The notes beneath the pieces are model-generated. The model was not told where the DNA came from. It saw only the letters and a list, made by a program, of their open reading frames with translations, and ran no database searches. Below are positions 46,136 through 54,228 of a DNA stretch of 64,000 bases, one piece after another. Positions within the stretch are counted from its first letter, which is position 1. Every line of letters begins with the position of its first letter. The translations under genes were made by a program, and so were the position numbers. The DNA is taken from the NCBI GenBank assembly GCA_019057865.1, contig JAHLWP010000016.1, positions 17,511 through 81,510 of the forward strand, written 5' to 3'. The DNA is from Promethearchaeota archaeon. GTDB taxonomy: Archaea > Asgardarchaeota > Lokiarchaeia > Sigyniarchaeales > SOKP01.

Positions 46136-47572
46136 TCAATCACGTAATTTCGGTTTTCTAGCAGCAAGGACCGCATCAAGGCGTTTTATAGGCGTATTAT
46201 TTGGGGCATTTTTTAAAAGATCGGGGCTATTTTGAGCTTCTTCATAAACTTTTTCCATTACTTCAATAAAGTAATCGAGTGAAGTTTTTGACTCGGTTTC
46301 TGTAGGTTCTATCATTATCGCCCCATTGACTATGAGTGGAAAATAAATAGTGGGAGCATATAATCCATAGTCTAGAATACGTTTAGCAATATCTTCCGTA
46401 GTAATATCATTTGGCAAGTTCTTATCTGATAGAACAAATTCATGTTGACAAATTCTATCATATGGTAGATTATATTTCTTTTTTAGTAAAATTCTCAAGT
46501 AATTTGCGTTTAGAACTGCCATTTGACCAACTCGCTTTAAACCTTCAGCACCTAACGCTAAGATATAAGCATAAGCTCGAATTATGACCCCAAAATTCCC
46601 CCAAAACGCTTTAATTCTACCAATTGAATTATCATTATTTTCTCTATAATTAACTACCTTTTCAGGAGAAATTATGTATGGTTTTGGAAGATAAGGGATA
46701 AGCTTTTTTATTACCCCAATTGGACCAGATCCTGGGCCTCCACCGCCATGAGGAGTAGAAAATGTTTTATGTAAGTTTAAATGTACTATATCAAATCCCA
46801 TGTCTCCAGGACGGCAGATTCCCAGCATTGGATTTAAATTTGCTCCATCATAATAACATAATCCTCCATTATCGTGTACTATTCGAGTAATATCTTTAAT
46901 CTGTCTGTCAAAAACACCTAGTGTGTTTGGATTTGTTAACATTATACCTGCTACATCACCCTCTTTCATAGCAAATTCTAAATGATCAAGAGGTATTTCA
47001 CCTTCTCTATTTGATTGTAATTCTACAATCGAGAAACCTGCCATTTTGGCAGATGCTGGGTTTGTACCATGTGCAGAATCAGGAACTATTATTTTATCTT
47101 TTTTCATGTTTTTATCTTCAAAATATTTCTTAATAATTAGCAATCCTGTTAATTCACCATGAGCACCAGCAGCGGGTTGAAATGTAAATCCGTCCATACC
47201 GGTAATTTCTTCTAATGCTTTTGAAAATTCAAACATTAATTCAAGACAACCTTGATTTTCATCTTGAAGAGGGTGAATTTGTGAAAATTTAGGAATACGA
47301 GCTACTATTTCATTAATTTTAGGATTATATTTCATTGTGCATGAGCCTAAAGGATAAAAACCATCATCAACTCCATAATTCTTTTTACTCAAATCTATAT
47401 AATGGCGAACTATTTCTACTTCAGGTATATCTGGAAGTGGTAAATCAATCCTTTGAAATGATTTTGGAATTATATCTTGTAGTTCTTCTTCTTCAATATC
47501 CATTTTTGGAGTAAAATTTTTTTGAGCATTACCGCTACTTTTATCAAATATTAAAGTAATATTAGATGTCAT
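46136..47572 (-). CDS. gcvPB: Glycine dehydrogenase subunit 2
   Basis: PLGSCTMKYNP, HLNLHKTFSTPHGGGGPG. Confidence 0.97.
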   Translation of the reverse strand: MTSNITLIFDKSSGNAQKNFTPKMDIEEEELQDIIPKSFQRIDLPLPDIPEVEIVRHYIDLSKKNYGVDDGFYPLGSCTMKYNPKINEIVARIPKFSQIHPLQDENQGCLELMFEFSKALEEITGMDGFTFQPAAGAHGELTGLLIIKKYFEDKNMKKDKIIVPDSAHGTNPASAKMAGFSIVELQSNREGEIPLDHLEFAMKEGDVAGIMLTNPNTLGVFDRQIKDITRIVHDNGGLCYYDGANLNPMLGICRPGDMGFDIVHLNLHKTFSTPHGGGGPGSGPIGVIKKLIPYLPKPYIISPEKVVNYRENNDNSIGRIKAFWGNFGVIIRAYAYILALGAEGLKRVGQMAVLNANYLRILLKKKYNLPYDRICQHEFVLSDKNLPNDITTEDIAKRILDYGLYAPTIYFPLIVNGAIMIEPTETESKTSLDYFIEVMEKVYEEAQNSPDLLKNAPNNTPIKRLDAVLAARKPKLRD

Positions 47573-47574
47573 TA

Positions 47575-48924
47575 TTAGTTTCCCTCCATTTGTTGTTCTG
47601 AAGTGGATTGAGCAATTTGAATAAATTTATCGATTGATGATCTCCTATTCATTTCAGTAACACACACCAGTGCCACATCTTTCATATTAGTGTAGTATTT
47701 TGAAACACGTAGAGGAGGTAAAATATTGTTTTCCTTACATTTCTCAATAAAGTCATCAATATTTGGACATCTCACCAGGAATTCATTATAGGTTGGTTTT
47801 TTGTTTAATATTTTATAACCCGGGATTAAACTCAATTTTTTTTTAACATAATGAGCCTTTTGAAAATTTTGTAAAGCGATGTCCTTTAATCCTGTTTTTC
47901 CTATAGATAGAAGATATACTAATGCTGATAAAGAACATAATGCCTGATTAGTACAAATGTTTGAACTTGCCTTTTCTCTTCGAATGTGCTGTTCACGGGC
48001 TTGCAGAGTTAATATAAATCCTATTCCGTCTCCATTAATTTCTTTTGTCTTTCCAACCAATCGACCCGGCATTTTCCTTAAATATTTTTGCTTGGCAGTA
48101 AAAATTCCTAAACTTGGTCCACCAAATGAAGGACTTATTCCAAATGATTGCCCTTCTGCTACAAATATATCTATATCCGTTAACCCAGGTGGAATCAAAA
48201 TCCCTAAGCAAGTAGGATCTGTCATTGCTTGAATTAATAAACATTCTGGTATTTTATCTTTAACAATTTTAGCTATTTTAGTAGTATCTTCAATATCACC
48301 AAAAAAATTTGGACTTTGAAATAAAACAGCTGCAGTATTTTCATTTAGCTCATTTTCAAGCATATCTTCGGATATTACTTTAAAGTTTATATTTTGACCC
48401 CAACAATATGTCTTAACAACTTCTATGTATTCAGGATGAATGCCTTCTAGTAAAATTATTGAATTTTTCCGTAAAATATTAGTTGCCATAATAGCAGCTT
48501 CAGCAAGCGCTGTCGATCCATCATACATACTTGCGTTTGCAATATCCATCTGAGTGAGTTGAGAAATAATTGTTTGATATTCATAAATAGCTTGTAAGTA
48601 TCCTTGACTAGCTTCTGCTTGATATGGTGTATATGAAGTATAGAATTCTGAGCGGCTTATTATAAAATCTACTAATGAAGGAATATAGTGATAATAACAA
48701 CCTGCTCCTAGGAAAGAACTTGAATGTAATTTATTTTTATTCGCTAACTTTTCTAGTTCATGAAAAAGATCTGGTTCGGATAAACCTGAAGGTAAGTTTA
48801 ATTTATCTAAATGCAATTCTTGAGGAATATCTTTAAATAAATCGCCTAAATCATTGATACCGATTACATTTAACATTTCATGAACATTTTTTTCATCATG
48901 AGGTACAAAATCCATACTAAACAC
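47575..48924 (-). CDS. gcvPA: Glycine dehydrogenase subunit 1
   Basis: YTPYQAEASQG, NASMYDG, REQHIRREKASSNICTN. Confidence 0.97.
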   Translation of the reverse strand: MFSMDFVPHDEKNVHEMLNVIGINDLGDLFKDIPQELHLDKLNLPSGLSEPDLFHELEKLANKNKLHSSSFLGAGCYYHYIPSLVDFIISRSEFYTSYTPYQAEASQGYLQAIYEYQTIISQLTQMDIANASMYDGSTALAEAAIMATNILRKNSIILLEGIHPEYIEVVKTYCWGQNINFKVISEDMLENELNENTAAVLFQSPNFFGDIEDTTKIAKIVKDKIPECLLIQAMTDPTCLGILIPPGLTDIDIFVAEGQSFGISPSFGGPSLGIFTAKQKYLRKMPGRLVGKTKEINGDGIGFILTLQAREQHIRREKASSNICTNQALCSLSALVYLLSIGKTGLKDIALQNFQKAHYVKKKLSLIPGYKILNKKPTYNEFLVRCPNIDDFIEKCKENNILPPLRVSKYYTNMKDVALVCVTEMNRRSSIDKFIQIAQSTSEQQMEGN

Positions 48925-48987
48925 CTTACTTTATTCAATAAATTGATACAAATAGATATTTTAATTTAAAAAATAAGTAAAAAAACA

Positions 48988-49392
48988 TTAATGATCCTCT
49001 TTTTCGACCAATTCTTTGTATTGTTCGACATTTAGAAGATCTTTAAATTCATCATCATGATTAATTTTAATTTTTACCATCCAACCTTCTCCATAAGGGG
49101 AAGCATTTACAAGTTCAGGAGCATCAGCAAGATTTTCATTAATTTCAATAACTTCTCCAGATAAGGGCATTATAAAATCTCCCACAGCTTTGACTGACTC
49201 TATCTCTCCAGCATTACTTCCCTTTTCAAAAACCATTCCGATATCTGGGAGTTCTACAAAAACAATATCGCCTAACTGGTATTGAGCATAATCAGTGATC
49301 CCAACTATAGCTTCTTCATCGTCAATTTTTACCCATTCATGAGTAGAAGTATATTTTAAATTGTCAGGAAATTTATAATCCATAATTTTCAC
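48988..49392 (-). CDS. gcvH: Glycine cleavage H protein
   Basis: HEW, GITDYAQ, IESVKAV lipoyl site. Confidence 0.97.
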   Translation of the reverse strand: MKIMDYKFPDNLKYTSTHEWVKIDDEEAIVGITDYAQYQLGDIVFVELPDIGMVFEKGSNAGEIESVKAVGDFIMPLSGEVIEINENLADAPELVNASPYGEGWMVKIKINHDDEFKDLLNVEQYKELVEKEDH

Positions 49393-49418
49393 TAATTTTT
49401 TAGAATATTAATTATTTT

Positions 49419-50516
49419 TTACACATTTCGGTAAAATGGTGTAGATACTATTTTTCCTTTAAGTAATTTATTACGTACTTCAATTTCTATTTCAGTTCCC
49501 ACTTCACTTAATTCTTTTTTAACTAATCCAAGGCCAATAGTTTTTTTAAGTGTTGGTGAGTATCCTCCTGATGTGACGTAACCAATCTGGTTATTATCCT
49601 TAAATATTCTGTAATTCTCTCTAATAATCCCTTTATCTAACAAATTAAGCCCAACAATATTACGATCTGTTCCTTGAGATTTTTGTTTCATTAAAACTTC
49701 TTTACCAATATAATCTATTCCCTCCTTCGGTTTCGCTAACCAACTAAGTCCTGCCTCGATAGCTGTTATTGAATCACTAATTTCATGACCATATAAAGAA
49801 TAACAAGCCTCTAATCTTAATGAATCTCTTGCTCCTAAACCAGCTGGGGAAGCTCCTGTTTCTAGCAAATTATGCCAAACATCCTCTGCAAAACGGTTTT
49901 CAAAAGATATTTCAACACCTTTCTCCCCAGTGTATCCTGTCCTTGCTAGAAATATGGGTTTGTTATTTAATTCACAATTAGCAAAATAAAATCTTTTAAC
50001 ATTTGAAAGATCGACGTTTACCAACGGTTGGAGCATTTCATCTGCTTTTAAACCTTGAAATGCTAATCGAGCTCGCTTATTAGAAAGATTAGTAATTTTT
50101 ACATCATGATTTCCAATATGACTAGTTAACCATTCAAGGTCTTTTTGGATGTTTCCTGCATTTACTATCATTCTAAATCTTTCAGGGGATTCTTCATAAT
50201 AAACAAGATCGTCTACCACTGTTCCATTCTCATAGCACATAATAGAGTATTGCCCTTTAGAAGGTTCAAGTAAATTTAAATCATTAATCATAATATATTG
50301 AAGAAAAGGTATTACATCTTTTCCCTCAAGAAGAAATTCACCCATATGAGAAATGTCAAACACTCCAGCTGTCGTACGAACTGCCTCATGCTCTTTTATT
50401 ATACTCTCATATTGAACTGGCATTTTAAATCCAGCAAAATCAACCATTCGAGCACCAATCTTTACATGAGTCTCGTAAAGCGGTGTTTTTTTAAAGTTGA
50501 GATTTTCCTCGCTCAT
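49419..50516 (-). CDS. gcvT: Glycine cleavage T protein
   Basis: FDISHMG, RTGYTGE, GLGARDSLRLEA. Confidence 0.97.
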   Translation of the reverse strand: MSEENLNFKKTPLYETHVKIGARMVDFAGFKMPVQYESIIKEHEAVRTTAGVFDISHMGEFLLEGKDVIPFLQYIMINDLNLLEPSKGQYSIMCYENGTVVDDLVYYEESPERFRMIVNAGNIQKDLEWLTSHIGNHDVKITNLSNKRARLAFQGLKADEMLQPLVNVDLSNVKRFYFANCELNNKPIFLARTGYTGEKGVEISFENRFAEDVWHNLLETGASPAGLGARDSLRLEACYSLYGHEISDSITAIEAGLSWLAKPKEGIDYIGKEVLMKQKSQGTDRNIVGLNLLDKGIIRENYRIFKDNNQIGYVTSGGYSPTLKKTIGLGLVKKELSEVGTEIEIEVRNKLLKGKIVSTPFYRNV

Positions 50517-50717
50517 AACCTCTACATCATTTTACTATTATTAATGTGTTAGATTTATATGTGGAATAAAATTATATGCCTAATTTAAATTTTTAGGGTA
50601 TAAACTATGAATTAGTTTCTACATTCTAATTAAAAAGGTTAGCAAAACAAAAATTTTACGAAATAAATATTAATAGAACCAAAAAAGTTTAATTATCCAA
50701 CTAATTTTTATTTAAAA

Positions 50718-51611
50718 ATGAGTGATATTAATTCTGAAGATTATTTTTTATCATTAAAAGAAATATTTAATGAAGCCTTATTACGGGACTTGTCTATATT
50801 TTGTCTCCTCTTCATTCTAGTTGTTGCCCAATTGTGGGATAATATTTTACTATTATTATTTCCTATAGTTACCTTCACATTCTCATTATTCTTTCGAACT
50901 ATTAATACAAATAAATGGCGTATCGAGTTTAGAAATGAAATAGTTGTTTATAATCCTCTCGGATTAGAAAAAAGACATGCTAATCGTTTAGCTTTCTCTA
51001 CATTCATTCAGTTAATCCTATTGTATTGGTTAGGTGCTGAATCCTTATATAATCCTCACGTAGTTGATGACTATTTTATTTATTTCAACATTCTTTTCAT
51101 CTTTATTTATTCTTTTGGATTTTTTTGGATTTTTATCGATTTATGGAAGTTTTCAAAGATAGAAATTGATATAAAACTTTATAATCTTCATAATAAAGAT
51201 GCAACCCAATTAACTAATCTAAATAGTATATTATCTTATCTCAAAATTGGAATTGTTAAGCTAATTTCTTTAATTAATCTTTTAAATTTTTTAATTTTAA
51301 ATATATTAAACTTATTATTTATAGCATTCATACAAGATAATTTTATTCCGGGGATAAAATACAGTTTGCCGGGAACAGGTTCAGAGGGTTCTGAACCAAT
51401 TACTATTTCTTTTATCACATACATAATTCTTATGGTTTCACCAACATTAAGTGCTATACTTTTGGTTTTTACTTATAGGAATATTAATTATATCAATATA
51501 GACAAATTAAACGAAATTCTAAAACCATTACCAAAAAATATTCAAATTAAAATTATTGAAAACCTAAAAGCGTTAAGTAATAAAATAAAAGACCAATTAA
51601 AAATTGAATAA
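50718..51611 (+). CDS. Hypothetical membrane protein
   Basis: About 6 hydrophobic segments. Confidence 0.75.
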   Translation: MSDINSEDYFLSLKEIFNEALLRDLSIFCLLFILVVAQLWDNILLLLFPIVTFTFSLFFRTINTNKWRIEFRNEIVVYNPLGLEKRHANRLAFSTFIQLILLYWLGAESLYNPHVVDDYFIYFNILFIFIYSFGFFWIFIDLWKFSKIEIDIKLYNLHNKDATQLTNLNSILSYLKIGIVKLISLINLLNFLILNILNLLFIAFIQDNFIPGIKYSLPGTGSEGSEPITISFITYIILMVSPTLSAILLVFTYRNINYINIDKLNEILKPLPKNIQIKIIENLKALSNKIKDQLKIE

Positions 51612-52215
51612 AAATTTATTAAACTTAAATTTATATTATATTAAAAATCTTTTAAAAACTAGTAAAATGCTTCAAAAAAACACTAAAACTCAACATCTTT
51701 TATATAAAATTCTTATAGTGGGGGATGGGGGTGTCGGTAAATCTACTATGGTTCAGCGGTTATTAACAGGACTTTATCTTGAGCAAAAAATCACCATAGG
51801 AACAGACTTAGCAACTTGTGATTTTGAAATAGATGAAAATACTACTGTCATGCTTCAGATATGGGATTTTGCAGGAGAAAAACGCTTTAGATTTTTTCTA
51901 CCGAATTATGCTCGAGGTGCTAGTGGATGTTTACTGTGTTATGATATAACAAGACATACAAGCTTTGATAATTTAATTGAATGGTACAACATTGTAAAAG
52001 ATAATGCTGTTGATCCTGTTTTTATTTTAGTTGGAGGAAAACATGATTTAGCTGATCAAAGAAGATCTGTTGAATTTGTTGAAGCAATAGAATTTAAAAA
52101 CAAGTATAATATTGCTCATATATTTGAAACTTCATCAAAATCAGGATTAAATAATAATATTATTTTTGAAACATTGACTAAAGCAATTATCGAAAAAAAA
52201 AGAAGAATAACATGA
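51604..52215 (+). CDS. Rab-like small GTPase
   Basis: GDGGVGKS, TIGTD, WDFAG, GKHD, ETSSK; start may be the ATG at 51667. Confidence 0.93.
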   Translation: MNKNLLNLNLYYIKNLLKTSKMLQKNTKTQHLLYKILIVGDGGVGKSTMVQRLLTGLYLEQKITIGTDLATCDFEIDENTTVMLQIWDFAGEKRFRFFLPNYARGASGCLLCYDITRHTSFDNLIEWYNIVKDNAVDPVFILVGGKHDLADQRRSVEFVEAIEFKNKYNIAHIFETSSKSGLNNNIIFETLTKAIIEKKRRIT

Positions 52216-52305
52216 TTTTAAGCTTTTTTAGTTGCTTATAGTTTTTTTTTAAATAAATGATTAAAAAATAAAGAAAAAAAGGAATTAAAAACGATGGTTT
52301 AAAGT

Positions 52306-53247
52306 TTATTCCATTATGTCTTTTAATTCATCTATATTTAATTTTAAATATTTTGCAGTAATTAATTCTCTGCCTATAAGATTCAAGAAGTTTTTCTTTC
52401 GCTTTTTATTTAAGAACCTTTTCATCTCGCTAAGATCTGGTTTTGTATTTGTCACTTCAATTAATTTATTTTTTATTGCATAATCTACAACTTTTTGCCC
52501 GATATTCGTTCTTATTATTAAGAAAGCTTCGCCTGAACCTTTTGGAGCACCCCAAGGCGAATAAGAAATATCAGAAAATTCGCCAGAAAAATCAGTACAA
52601 TATTTACAACCACTCATTCCCCCAGAAGAACATGCAAATGCTATTTTTAATGAAGTACGCTCTGCACCAGTGTTAAAATCACTAACAAGTATCTTTGCTA
52701 AACCTTGTATATGACATGGATTTGCTATTATTCCAATATCTCTTTTTTTGTCTAAATATGCTCTTCCAATACCAGTAATTAATGGACCTGCATTATCCAT
52801 AGTGGCTTTGGGTATATATTTTTTAGCGTCTTTAGCATTATCAACTACCACTGGGAAAGCTACAGGTGGTTTCTTACTTTTTGGCTCACCTAAAACCATA
52901 TGTTTAATAACACCTGATTCAAAAGCAGCTAAAGCTAGATTGTATAAAATCTCATCTTTACTACCGGATTTTACTTGAACAATATCTTTATAAACACCAA
53001 CAGCTATATCAACGCGAGTCTGACCAAATAATTCCTGCTCAATTTCTGAAATGGGTAGGAAAGTTCTAGGGCAAGCATTATAACATAGACCTACTGTTTC
53101 AGAACATTCATCAACTACATAAGCCTCTCCAGTTTCTTGATTGAAATCCATATGAGGGCAAAACGCATTACAACTTCCGCAATGAATACAGAGACCTGAG
53201 TAGATTACTTCATTTTCAAGATCTTGACTAGATTTTTCTACTTTCAT
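52306..53247 (-). CDS. F420 hydrogenase/dehydrogenase beta subunit (FrhB-like) with N-terminal ferredoxin
   Basis: CIHCGSCNAFCP, CYNACP, NPCH, GCKYCTDF...DIS. Confidence 0.85.
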   Translation of the reverse strand: MKVEKSSQDLENEVIYSGLCIHCGSCNAFCPHMDFNQETGEAYVVDECSETVGLCYNACPRTFLPISEIEQELFGQTRVDIAVGVYKDIVQVKSGSKDEILYNLALAAFESGVIKHMVLGEPKSKKPPVAFPVVVDNAKDAKKYIPKATMDNAGPLITGIGRAYLDKKRDIGIIANPCHIQGLAKILVSDFNTGAERTSLKIAFACSSGGMSGCKYCTDFSGEFSDISYSPWGAPKGSGEAFLIIRTNIGQKVVDYAIKNKLIEVTNTKPDLSEMKRFLNKKRKKNFLNLIGRELITAKYLKLNIDELKDIME

Positions 53248-53339
53248 CTGTTTAGAACACTTTTTATGAGTAAATAGGAATATTTAACTATTTTTAATTG
53301 CTTAGGTAAATTAAACATGTCTTTTAAAGTTGGTTTACT

Positions 53340-53361
53340 TTAGTGTGAAATTTCACACTAA
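53340..53361. promoter_or_regulatory. Perfect 22-bp palindrome, probable operator upstream of the FrhB-like gene
   Basis: TTAGTGTGAAA|TTTCACACTAA. Confidence 0.6.
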
Positions 53362-53533
53362 GTGATTTTTGTTATAACTTTTAATAATTAATGTCCTAAA
53401 AAATAGTTATTTGAGTCTTATTAAGTAATAATGGGTGAGAAGCAAAATCATCACCCACATAATTTATTTGGAAACAATATGGAAATGGAAATCTGAATAT
53501 ACGCGTAATAAAAAAAAGTATTAAAAAATTTTT

Positions 53534-53617
53534 TTAATGGATTATATATCTCGAATTATAAATGTCAACCAAATTCCTTATCTTTATTATATCTTTTCTC
53601 TCTACTTTTTTCTTCAT
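53534..53617 (-). CDS. 27-aa basic peptide ORF
   Basis: MKKKVERKDIIKIRNLVDIYNSRYIIH with GAGGT SD. Confidence 0.4.
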   Translation of the reverse strand: MKKKVERKDIIKIRNLVDIYNSRYIIH

Positions 53618-53637
53618 TTCTTTGACCTCAATTTTTT

Positions 53638-53775
53638 CTATAAAATACCTTCGCTTTTCAGATGAACTGGCTTCTGATTCTTCCTCTGACATTTTTTGCA
53701 AATCGCAACCGAAGTTGTAAAATCTAACCTGATTTTTTTACCGCACTTCATACAATTTAGCTTCAGTTTGCTCAA
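53638..53775 (-). CDS. 45-aa zinc-ribbon microprotein
   Basis: (M)SKLKLNCMKCGKKIRLDFTTSVAICKKCQ..., GAGG SD. Confidence 0.6.
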   Translation of the reverse strand: MSKLKLNCMKCGKKIRLDFTTSVAICKKCQRKNQKPVHLKSEGIL

Positions 53776-53825
53776 TTTTGTTGCCTCTTCTTTAATTTTT
53801 AAGCGTTATTAATTAAAAAAAAATT

Positions 53826-54041
53826 TTAATAGAAGATATTTCTATACCCTGAAAGGTTCCCATAAACCTTATTGTTGAGTTTCTGGATATTAATTAACTC
53901 TTCATGCTGTTTAGCATGTTTGTTAAGTAATTTTTTCTTTTTAACTTGCTTTACCTCTGCTTTTTTCTCAATTTTTTCTTCTTCCACGGGAATTATTATT
54001 AGTTCATACTCTATTTCCTGCTTTTCTAATACTTGGACCAT
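53826..54041 (-). CDS. Small charged protein with aromatic C-terminus
   Basis: ORF with AAGGT SD; same architecture as 63653-63907. Confidence 0.65.
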   Translation of the reverse strand: MVQVLEKQEIEYELIIIPVEEEKIEKKAEVKQVKKKKLLNKHAKQHEELINIQKLNNKVYGNLSGYRNIFY

Positions 54042-54228
54042 TTTTTTTTAACCTTTTTTTATTTTTTTATATTTTTTTTTTCTTAATTTTTAGTAAGATA
54101 AATATTCATTTATAGTTTATGCTTCGGAACTTCAATGAACTTCGAAACTGCGTACTGAATAGTGAAGCTTATATATGAGCATGAATAATATATAATTAAT
54201 TACTTAAAATTAATTTTAAGGAACTTAT

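Noticed and set aside
52306-53247. Selenoprotein recoding in the FrhB-like gene
   Set aside because: No in-frame TGA; ends in TAA; no SECIS recognised
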